From: an archaeon
GTDB taxonomy: Archaea > AGJL01 > Methanococci > Methanococcales > Methanocaldococcaceae
Direction: 5' to 3'
DNA: 64,000 nt
Assembly (NCBI GenBank): GCA_024278985.1
Contig: JAJRSC010000005.1
Coordinates: forward strand, 1-64,000
Shown here: one piece after another, positions 54,972 through 64,000 of the stretch
How the letters are laid out: every line of letters starts with the position of its first letter
How positions within the stretch are numbered: position 1 is the first letter of the stretch
Program-made: the position numbers and the translations under genes
The notes under the pieces: model-generated
What the model was told of the DNA's origin: nothing
The model's database searches: none
What the model saw: the letters and a program-made list of their open reading frames with translations, nothing else

Positions 54972-55802
54972 ATGAGTAAGTTATTTGATTAAACTATAAA
55001 ACACATAATAGAGTTTTTAAATGAAAGTATTTTTTATGAAAAATATACAAGAGTTCAGGGACTTTTGCAAAATATAGAAAGTAGAATTAAAATTATTTCT
55101 TTAGTAATATTACTTATAGGAGCTGTTATGTCAAAAAACATTATTACTCTTATTATTTTTAATATCATTGCTTTGTTACTTGCATATTTATCAAATATTC
55201 CAATTAAATACTATTTAAAAAGAGTGTATATTTTTATCCCTATTTTTGCAGGAATTATTTCTATTCCAGTTATATTTAATTTTGTAACTCCTGGCCATGA
55301 TATCCTTGTTATTCTTAACAATCCACATATATCAATAACTTATGAAGGAGTTATTTATGCCATAACATTTACTTTAAGAGTTGCTACATGTGTATCATAT
55401 GCAATTTTAATTCCTATGACTACACAATGGAATAAAGTAACCTATGCTATTGGTAAATTAGGAGTTCCTGACATTGTCATTACAATAACAAACCTTGCTT
55501 ATAGATATATATTTTTACTTTTAAATTTTGTTTTAGATATGATGTCTTCAAGAAAATCAAGGTCTATTCGTAAGTTAGGAATGTTAGAAAGTTGGATTTT
55601 AGGAGGAAAGGCAATTGGAGCTCTATTTATAAAAACTTATGAAATGGGTGAAGATACATACTATGCAATGTTATCAAGAGGTTATACTGGAGAAATAAAA
55701 TATATCTATAATGAAAAAATCACAATAAAAGATATTTTATTCCTTATCTTTTCAATAATATTAGTTGTTTTATTGTTATTATTTGATAGAGGGATACTAT
55801 GA
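54972..55802 (+). CDS. cbiQ: Ni/Co ECF transporter T component (CbiQ/NikQ); in-frame TAA at codon 7
   Basis: AYRYIF, SRKSR, AMLSRGY. Frame opens at ATG 54972 (MSKLFD*TIKHII) with TAA at 54990-54992; the track starts at TTG 55065. Confidence 0.88.
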
Positions 55803-56632
55803 AAGAAGTGTATAAGTTAATAGATGTCTCATACAAATACCCTAATGGAGTTGTAGCATTAGAAAATGTAAATTTAACTATATATAAAAATGAAATTGTA
55901 ACTATTTTAGGTCCTAATGGTGCAGGAAAGACAACACTTCTAAAAATTTTAGATGGTCTTATATTTCCAAGCAAAGGAGAGGTTTATTTTGAAGGTAAAT
56001 TATTAACTGAGAAGTTATTAACAGATAAAAAATTAATGGCAGATTTTAGAAAAAAGGTTGGATTTGTTTTTCAAAACCCTGATGTTATGTTATTTAATCC
56101 AACTGTTTGGGATGAAGTTGCTTATTCTCCACTACATCTTTATTCTAAAGAAAAGGCACTTGAAGTTACTGATAAAGTATTAAAAGATATGAAAATTTAC
56201 CATCTAAAAGATAGACATCCATATAATTTAAGTGGAGGAGAAAAAAAGAAGGTTTCAATAGCATGTATATTGTCTATTGAACCTGAAGTTATTTTAATGG
56301 ATGAACCTACAGCATCCTTAGACCCTAAAAGTAGAAATGAAGTTATTAACCTTATAAAATCATTTAAAGAAAAAGGAAAAACAGTTATTTTAATAACTCA
56401 TGATGTAAATATTGCTTCTTTAGCTGATAGATGTTATGTATTAAATAAAAAAATAATATTTGAAGGAACTCCAAAAGAATTATTTTCATTAGATTTAGAT
56501 GAGTTAAATCTAGATGTGCCTGATGTATCAAAACTATTTATTAAATTAAAAAATATGGGATATAACATAAATGAAATTCCATTAACAGTTGATGAAGCTG
56601 TTAATTTACTAACTAAAAAATTTAAAATTTAG
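55799..56632 (+). CDS. cbiO: Ni/Co ECF transporter ATPase
   Basis: GPNGAGKTT, FQNPD, LSGGEKK, MDEPT. Confidence 0.92.
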   Translation: MKEVYKLIDVSYKYPNGVVALENVNLTIYKNEIVTILGPNGAGKTTLLKILDGLIFPSKGEVYFEGKLLTEKLLTDKKLMADFRKKVGFVFQNPDVMLFNPTVWDEVAYSPLHLYSKEKALEVTDKVLKDMKIYHLKDRHPYNLSGGEKKKVSIACILSIEPEVILMDEPTASLDPKSRNEVINLIKSFKEKGKTVILITHDVNIASLADRCYVLNKKIIFEGTPKELFSLDLDELNLDVPDVSKLFIKLKNMGYNINEIPLTVDEAVNLLTKKFKI

Positions 56633-56695
56633 AAATAAAAATTTAAATATATTATTTAAAAAATAAAATTAAAAAAATAAAAAAATATAATATTA

Positions 56696-57037
56696 TTACA
56701 TAGGTTTTGGATTAACTATTTTAACAAGTATGTAATAAGCTCCAACACATAATGCAACTCCAACTATTGCAGATATAATATAACCAATTGATGCATGAAG
56801 AGGGTCATCCCATCCAGGGATATCATAGTCTGGAAGAGGTGCATAACTCCAAATATCAGCTAAATGTAGCATTCCACTAACTTTTTGTGCTCCTACTTCT
56901 TTAGCAAGTTCTGAAGGGTCCCATTCTCCCCATGCATCTCCATAGTTCCAAACAAGAAGTATCCCTAAAGGACATAAAATTATCATAGCAACAATTAAAT
57001 AAACAAATTTTTTAACTAAAGGGTCCTGCCAGTTCAT
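56696..57037 (-). CDS. PDGLE-domain (NikN-like) membrane protein
   Basis: AWGEW and APLPDY motifs, two TM helices; coupled to cbiM. Confidence 0.85.
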   Translation of the reverse strand: MNWQDPLVKKFVYLIVAMIILCPLGILLVWNYGDAWGEWDPSELAKEVGAQKVSGMLHLADIWSYAPLPDYDIPGWDDPLHASIGYIISAIVGVALCVGAYYILVKIVNPKPM

Positions 57038-57708
57038 GCAGTCACCCCACTAACATGTTGTTGTTTATCTTCTGATCCAAATAAGTCTGGTCTTACTTTT
57101 TTTACATACCAAACGACTACAGCAGTAACAACAGCTGCTGCAGGACCTGCAGTTACTAAATGAGCAAACGCCATTGCAGGTACTGAAACGGTAAATGGAT
57201 ATGGACAGTAACCTGGTTCTATAAATGGTTGTAATCCAAATTCAAATCCTGCACATATAGCCGCTGTAACGATACCAACATAAGCCCCAATACCACTTGC
57301 AATAATATCTCCAACATATTTTCTTAAAAACTTATAAACATAATAACCAACAAATGGTAAAACAACTCCCATATTGAAACAGTTAGCTCCAATACAGGTA
57401 ATTCCTCCATCTCCAAAGAATATTGCTTGTATAACTAAAACAATAGATATGGCAATAGTTGCAATCCATGGATTGTCCATTAATATTGCTATTAAAGTTC
57501 CACCAACCATATGTGCAGTAGTTCCATCTGGAACTGGAAGGTTAAACATCATAACTAAGAAAGCAAATGCTGTTAAAACTCCAAGTAATGGTAATTTTCT
57601 TGGATCTAATTTTTTGAGTTCTAATATACTTTTATACCATATTGGTATCATTATTAAATAGAAAAAAGCACAGGTTATAGGCCCAAGATAGCCATCTGGT
57701 ATGTGCAT
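57034..57708 (-). CDS. cbiM: Ni/Co ECF substrate component CbiM/NikM
   Basis: N-terminal MHIPDG metal-binding motif; GDGG...GAN. Confidence 0.94.
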   Translation of the reverse strand: MHIPDGYLGPITCAFFYLIMIPIWYKSILELKKLDPRKLPLLGVLTAFAFLVMMFNLPVPDGTTAHMVGGTLIAILMDNPWIATIAISIVLVIQAIFFGDGGITCIGANCFNMGVVLPFVGYYVYKFLRKYVGDIIASGIGAYVGIVTAAICAGFEFGLQPFIEPGYCPYPFTVSVPAMAFAHLVTAGPAAAVVTAVVVWYVKKVRPDLFGSEDKQQHVSGVTA

Positions 57709-57899
57709 TTTTTCACCTCATATAATAATTATATATTATTACTAAATAAATTATTTGTATTACTATATAAGTTTTTTTATAATTATAGTATTAACATATT
57801 TTATCTTAAGATTTAAATTTATCTTTATATGTGTTCATAATATATTTAATTAATATATATAAAAATAATAAATCTTAGGAATTTATAGCTTTTAATAAA

Positions 57900-58298
57900 T
57901 AAAAATTAGTTCTATTAAATACTTAGATAATATTTATCACGCTAAAAACTTTTTATTTTTAGTTTAGAGGATTTTAATCGGTTATTTTTCGATTTTAAGG
58001 ATTTTTATCAATTTTCTAAGGGTCGCGTATTTTAATTATTTTAAATATTTGGATGTAGTGAATTATCGAGATTTTTAAAAGATTTTAGACAATTATTTTA
58101 AAATTAAAATTTTCCCAATAAACAAAACTTATTTTCAAAATTAAAAAGTTTTTAGATTAAAAAATTAGAAAAGAAAGATAAATTAAAAACTTCAGGAGTT
58201 TATAAATAAAAGCTATTGCCTACCCCTTGACAAATTACATAATAGAAAAAGTTATATATTAGAAGAGATATTATACTAAATACGTAAAATTGCCTCTT
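57900..58298 (+). promoter_or_regulatory. CRISPR leader
   Basis: Non-coding AT-rich region abutting the first repeat; BRE/TATA-like GAAAAAGTTATATA about 40 bp upstream of repeat 1; left boundary approximate. Confidence 0.75.
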
Positions 58299-59395
58299 GT
58301 TAAAATCAGACCGTTACGGTATGGAAACCTGATTACTTTAATTTTTTTAACTTCTTTTTTGTCTTGTTAAAATCAGACCGTTACGGTATGGAAACTTATT
58401 GATGAATTTGAATATTTTGATTGATGTATTGAGTTAAAATCAGACCGTTACGGTATGGAAACTATCTCTTTATTCTCATGCCTCTATCCCTCCATATTTG
58501 TTAAAATCAGACCGTTACGGTATGGAAACTTTAAATTTAAGAAAAACCCTGAATTATGGAAAAAAAGTTAAAATCAGACCGTTACGGTATGGAAACAAAT
58601 CAATTAATATATTTTTCTCACCATCAATTTCAGTTAAAATCAGACTGTTACGGTATGGAAACGACAATTAATCCTGAAGCCCCAGTAACAGTAATACTGT
58701 TAAAATCAGACCGTTACGGTATGGAAACCAATAAAAGATAAGAAAATATCAAAGCCATATTATTAGTTAAAATCAGACCGTTACGGTATGGAAACGCAAC
58801 TGCTATTAATATCCCTGCTCCAAGCAATATTGTTAAAATCAGACCGTTACGGTATGGAAACATCAAAATATTCAAATTCACCAATAATAAAAATCAAAAG
58901 TTAAAATCAGACCGTTACGGTATGGAAACTTAACAAGTTTTTTAGTTTTTGATATTAAATTATCTGTTAAAATCAGACCGTTACGGTATGGAAACAATAT
59001 TTTTTTTAGATATATAATATATGATGGGGTAGTTAAAATCAGACCGTTACGGTATGGAAACATCAAAATATTCAAATTCACCAATAATAAAAATCAAAAG
59101 TTAAAATCAGACCGTTACGGTATGGAAACATTACATTATCATAATGAGAATATAAAAGAGGTGAGGTTAAAATCAGACCGTTACGGTATGGAAACCAGTT
59201 TTTTGTATGTTCTTCATATTGTCTTTCTTTTAGTTAAAATCAGACCGTTACGGTATGGAAACATAAAATTACAGCATTACAACTCTTGCTGTAATAAAGG
59301 TTAAAATCAGACCGTTACGGTATGGAAACTTTTTTATTGTTGAGGTTAGCATATCCTCATTTGGCGTTAAAATCAGACCGTTACGGTATGGAAAC
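58299..59395 (+). CRISPR. CRISPR array, 17 repeats / 16 spacers (36-38 bp)
   Basis: 30-bp repeat GTTAAAATCAGACCGTTACGGTATGGAAAC; repeat 6 has one C>T; 3' ATGGAAAC handle and leader give + orientation. Confidence 0.99.
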
Positions 59396-59487
59396 AATAA
59401 AAAAGCACTACCTACGTGGAATTAAATTTTTAAAATCTGAAAGTGTCTAAAAAAATATTATAATTATAAAAAAAGATTATTTTAAAT

Positions 59488-60231
59488 TTATCTAAAAACA
59501 TCCTCTTCTTTTTTTCTTATTAAGTCTTTACCACTTCCATTACCAAATGGAACATTTACACCTCTAATTATAACTACTGGAATTCCCTCATTTGCCTCTC
59601 CCATAACAGCGTTTGCCATACTTGCAAGTTCATCAGCAATAGCTACTTCAGTACTTTTTAATTCTCTTCCAAATAAATCCTTTTCTCCCTTTCTATCCCA
59701 TAATGCCAATATTCCACTAACTCCAAGAGCTATTCCAACTGCTCCCTTTCTGAATGGTCTTCCAACACTATCAGATATTATAACTCCTATTTTTTTCCCT
59801 GTTAATTCCTCTAATCTTTTTCTTAATTTTTCAGCAGATAAATCAGGATTTTTTGGAAGTGTTTTTATACCTAAAACATTACTTTCATCTACTCCACTGT
59901 TTGCCATAACATAGCCATGTTTTGTTTCAGTAATTATAAAGTTTTTTCCTATTTTAACAATTTCCCTTGCCTCATCTAATATAACCTGAACTACTTTTTC
60001 ATCTTTATTTGTTATCTTAGCTAACTCTTTAGCTTTTTTAGATGGGATTATTTTATTTTTATCAACAATACAGCCCTCAAGTTTTGCTATTAATGTTTCA
60101 GCAACTACAACAATATCATAATCTTGAAGAGGAAATTTAGATATAATCTCAGCTAAATCTACCTTCTCATTACCTTTAAATATTGGGAGTTCTAAACCAA
60201 AAATTTCAACTTTCTTTTTTATCTTTATCAT
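59488..60231 (-). CDS. cofE: Coenzyme F420-0:L-glutamate ligase
   Basis: ANSGVDESN, SDSVGRPFRKG, ADELAS. Confidence 0.95.
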   Translation of the reverse strand: MIKIKKKVEIFGLELPIFKGNEKVDLAEIISKFPLQDYDIVVVAETLIAKLEGCIVDKNKIIPSKKAKELAKITNKDEKVVQVILDEAREIVKIGKNFIITETKHGYVMANSGVDESNVLGIKTLPKNPDLSAEKLRKRLEELTGKKIGVIISDSVGRPFRKGAVGIALGVSGILALWDRKGEKDLFGRELKSTEVAIADELASMANAVMGEANEGIPVVIIRGVNVPFGNGSGKDLIRKKEEDVFR

Positions 60232-60243
60232 AATATAATTCCT

Positions 60244-60870
<627 letters not shown>

Positions 60871-60899
60871 TTAATAAATTATTTTAAAAAATATATAAT

Positions 60900-61784
60900 T
60901 TGGGATATAATATGTATATTATAGCTATATGTGCCTTTATATTATCTGTTTTATTTACCTACTATATTATAAAAAGAAGTAAAAAATTTGGATATGACTT
61001 ACATAAGAGAGAAAAGATAAAAGTCCCTGAAATGGGAGGATTGGCAATATTGTTATCATTGTTTTTAACTATTCCATTTATAAATATTAAATTTATTTAT
61101 TCTATCTTATTATCTGGATTTATTGGAATTATGGATGATTTATTTTCTTTATCACCAAAGGAAAAATTTTTATTCTTGTTTATATCTGGATTTTTCACTG
61201 GGTTATTGTTTAACAACATTTATTTAGCTATAATTTTAGGAGTTGGATTTATGATATTTTCTAATTTAACCAACATGTTAGCAGGATTCAATGGGTTGGA
61301 GATAGGTTTAGGAGTTTTAGTAGGAATATTTATGTCAATTTTATTTTACTTAGATAATAATATGGTAGGTTTTTATTCAGCCTTAACTTTTTCATTGTCC
61401 TATCTTGGATTTCTTATATTTAATAAGTATCCAGCAAAAATTTTTCCTGGAGATTGTGGGACTCTACCAATAGGAGCATTTTTAAGTTTTTTAGCTATAT
61501 TTTATAAAGAATATTTATTCTTAATTTTAATGATTCCCTACTTTTTAGATGCTACATTAAAATTTTTATCTGCTGGAGTAATGAGTAGAGATAAGCATAA
61601 ACCAACAGTTATAGGAGAAGACGGTAAATTATATTACACCTCTGGATATTTATCATTACCAAGATTAATACTAAAGTTTAAACCATTAAAGGAGTATATG
61701 TTAGTTTTATACATATGGATTTTTGAAATTGTTTGTGGATTATTAGCTATATTTATAAAGGTGAATTTATGGATTATTCAATAA
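60900..61784 (+). CDS. MraY/GT4-family UDP-GlcNAc:dolichol-P GlcNAc-1-P transferase (AglH-like)
   Basis: PEMGG, MDD, NMLAGFNGLE, FPGDCGT. Confidence 0.88.
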   Translation: MGYNMYIIAICAFILSVLFTYYIIKRSKKFGYDLHKREKIKVPEMGGLAILLSLFLTIPFINIKFIYSILLSGFIGIMDDLFSLSPKEKFLFLFISGFFTGLLFNNIYLAIILGVGFMIFSNLTNMLAGFNGLEIGLGVLVGIFMSILFYLDNNMVGFYSALTFSLSYLGFLIFNKYPAKIFPGDCGTLPIGAFLSFLAIFYKEYLFLILMIPYFLDATLKFLSAGVMSRDKHKPTVIGEDGKLYYTSGYLSLPRLILKFKPLKEYMLVLYIWIFEIVCGLLAIFIKVNLWIIQ

Positions 61785-62008
61785 TAAAACCAAAAGTTAA
61801 AAAAGAGGTTATAAAAATAGATATTGGTTCTTTAAAAACTAAAAGAAAATTTGCATTTCTCTTAGAAGAGGGAGATATTATATTAGAAAACAGAGAATAT
61901 TATGCAAATGATGATGTAGAGGTTGTTATTAGTTATTCATTAACAGAAAGCAAAAGACCAAAAGAAGAGATAACAATATATAAAATTGAAAAAATTGAGA
62001 GGTTTTAA
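61769..62008 (+). CDS. Hypothetical protein
   Basis: ATG after AGGTGA RBS; 79 aa. Confidence 0.7.
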   Translation: MDYSIIKPKVKKEVIKIDIGSLKTKRKFAFLLEEGDIILENREYYANDDVEVVISYSLTESKRPKEEITIYKIEKIERF

Positions 62009-62011
62009 ATT

Positions 62012-62287
62012 ATGGATTCTGAAGGAAAATGTTGCTTAATACACTCTATTGGAGGAATTATATTTGGATACTTTGCTAACTATATTTATACTTTAGGATT
62101 AGGTATATTTAGTGGGATAGTAACCTTAATATATTTATTTATTGGAGCAGTTATTTTTGGGCATATAACTGCCAAGATTTTAGGAGAAAAAAGTTTAGGA
62201 CAAAAACAATGGTTAGCTTCTGGAGTATTTCCCTTTTATTTAGTTTCTATAATTGTATGGATTTTAAAATATAATGGTGTCATCTAA
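62012..62287 (+). CDS. Small membrane protein, archaeal EMC6-like
   Basis: 3 TM segments ending GVFPFYLVSIIVWILKYN; family assignment from recall. Confidence 0.6.
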   Translation: MDSEGKCCLIHSIGGIIFGYFANYIYTLGLGIFSGIVTLIYLFIGAVIFGHITAKILGEKSLGQKQWLASGVFPFYLVSIIVWILKYNGVI

Positions 62288-62342
62288 TCTATATATAAAA
62301 TTTAATAATATTTAATTAATAAAAAATTCTTTTGGTGATAAC

Positions 62343-63335
62343 ATGCATAAGATATGTGTTATTGAGGGTGATGGAATAGGTAAAGAAGTTATTCCTGCAA
62401 CAATTAAAGTTTTAGAGGCAACAGGAATACCTTTTGAATTTGTTTATGCTGAGGCAGGAGATGAGGTATATAAAAGAACAGGAAAAGCTCTTCCAGAGGA
62501 AACTATAGAAACAGCTTTAGAGTGTGATGCTGTTTTATTTGGGGCTGCTGGGGAAACAGCTGCAGATGTTATTGTTAAATTAAGACATATTTTAGATACC
62601 TATGCAAATGTTAGACCAGTAAAGGCATATAAAGGAGTTCCTTGTTTAAGGGATGATATAGATTATATTATAGTAAGAGAAAATACAGAAGGGTTATATA
62701 AGGGAATAGAAGCAGAAATTGATGAAGGAATAACAACAGCTACAAGAGTTATAACTGAAAAAGCATATGAAAGAATATTTAAATTTGCCTTTGAATTGGC
62801 AAGAGAAAGAAAAAAAGAAGGGAAAGAAGGAAAAGTTACCTGTGCTCATAAGGCAAATGTCTTAAAAATAACTGATGGATTATTTAAAAGAGTATTTTAT
62901 AAAGTAGCAGAAAATTATAATGACATTAAGGCAGAGGATGTATATATTGATGCTATGAATATGTATATAATAACTAAACCTCAAACTTTTGATATTGTTG
63001 TTACATCCAATTTATTTGGAGATATTCTATCTGATGGAGCTGCTGGGACTGTTGGAGGGTTAGGATTGGCTCCTTCTGCAAATATTGGAGATGAACATGG
63101 ATTATTTGAACCAGTTCATGGTTCTGCACCTGACATAGCAGGAAAAGGTATTGCAAATCCAACAGCAACAATTTTATCTGCTGTTTTAATGTTAAAATAT
63201 CTTGGAGAGGTTGAAACTGCTAAAAGAATAGAGAAGGCCTTAGAAGAGGTTTTATCTTTAGGATTAACAACTCCTGATTTAGGAGGAAATTTAAAAACTA
63301 TGGAAATGGCTGAAGAAATTATAAAAAGGTTATAA
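62343..63335 (+). CDS. leuB: 3-isopropylmalate/3-methylmalate dehydrogenase
   Basis: GDGIGKE, VRENTEG, HKANV, NLFGDILSD, EPVHGSAPD; paralogue (AksF) not excluded. Confidence 0.85.
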   Translation: MHKICVIEGDGIGKEVIPATIKVLEATGIPFEFVYAEAGDEVYKRTGKALPEETIETALECDAVLFGAAGETAADVIVKLRHILDTYANVRPVKAYKGVPCLRDDIDYIIVRENTEGLYKGIEAEIDEGITTATRVITEKAYERIFKFAFELARERKKEGKEGKVTCAHKANVLKITDGLFKRVFYKVAENYNDIKAEDVYIDAMNMYIITKPQTFDIVVTSNLFGDILSDGAAGTVGGLGLAPSANIGDEHGLFEPVHGSAPDIAGKGIANPTATILSAVLMLKYLGEVETAKRIEKALEEVLSLGLTTPDLGGNLKTMEMAEEIIKRL

Positions 63336-64000
63336 TTCTTTAAGAATATAAACTCTATCTCCTTCTCTAACTTTTTCATCTATTTTTATTCCAACCTTCT
63401 CCCCTTTTCTTGCAACATCTACAAATTTATGATTAATTTGCATTTCCTTTATTTTCTTTTCAATACATCCAGTTGTCTTTCCTATTATTAATATTGTATC
63501 TCCAACTCTAATATCTTTATATAACTCAACTTCAGCAACTCCAACCTTTTTATAGTAATTAACAACTCTACCAACTTCAACCTTTCTATATTTAGAAGCA
63601 TTTCCTTCAATATTATATTGAAAATCATGTTCTTTATCTTTATCTCTAAAATAAAATCCAGTATCATATTCCCTATTGTATATTTTAGACAACTCTTTTT
63701 TAAAGTATGGTAGTTTTTCAAAATAGTCTCCATTATAATAACTATCTATAGCCTCTCTATAAATTTTAACAACTCTCATAACATAGTCAGCATTTTTAGC
63801 CCTTCCCTCTATTTTAAATGAATCAAAGACATCAATAATTTGGGGGATATGTTCAATCATACATAAATCTTTTAGAGAGAGTAAATATTTACCTTCACAA
63901 ATTAATTCATAAGTTCCATCAAAATGTTCATTTATTAGTTTCCATTTTCTTCTACATGGTTGTAAGCATTCTCCACAGTTTGCATGTTTATTAAATAGAT
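63330..64000 (-). CDS. U32 family peptidase-like protein (5' end outside window)
   Basis: Frame open to window edge: ANCGECLQPCRR, KDLCMI, FKIEGR. Confidence 0.9.
   Translation of the reverse strand, partial: LFNKHANCGECLQPCRRKWKLINEHFDGTYELICEGKYLLSLKDLCMIEHIPQIIDVFDSFKIEGRAKNADYVMRVVKIYREAIDSYYNGDYFEKLPYFKKELSKIYNREYDTGFYFRDKDKEHDFQYNIEGNASKYRKVEVGRVVNYYKKVGVAEVELYKDIRVGDTILIIGKTTGCIEKKIKEMQINHKFVDVARKGEKVGIKIDEKVREGDRVYILKEL

Noticed and set aside
13842-54992. Selenocysteine, pyrrolysine or alternative genetic code as the cause of the internal stops
   Set aside because: No internal TGA; both TAA and TAG are involved; both codons terminate normal genes here; no pyl genes are visible in the window.
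58556-59304. ORFs with repeated LKSDRYGMET / FPYRNGLILT
   Set aside because: Translations of CRISPR repeats.

Overview
AT-rich chromosomal window from a hyperthermophilic methanogen, most likely Methanocaldococcus, judged from the gene content, GC-rich stable RNAs, compact type M-like RNase P RNA and GTTAAAATCAGACC-type CRISPR repeat. It holds the 3' end of a 23S rRNA, 5S rRNA, RNase P RNA, two tRNAs (intron-containing Trp and initiator Met) and part of the Ehb hydrogenase operon. It also holds about 50 mostly housekeeping genes, a KlbA/TadA-type ATPase with an Ala1 mini-intein, a split Ni/Co ECF transporter and a 17-repeat CRISPR array with no cas genes in the window. The most striking unexplained structure is at 43.1-47.1 kb. 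Three genes there (a Cdc6-like AAA+/wHTH protein, a wHTH/Zn-finger protein and a degenerate AAA+/wHTH protein) surround two AT-rich intergenic regions. One region carries nested inverted repeats (33 bp and 13 bp) symmetric about the same centre, making the locus a candidate non-canonical replication origin/initiator module. Other observations: four genes including gatA carry single in-frame TAA/TAG stops, CRISPR spacers hit one target locus on both strands and reveal a likely PAM, a 54-bp tandem duplication lies upstream of fsr, and two small ORFs were missed by the ORF track. Gene calls come from motif recognition, not database searches.
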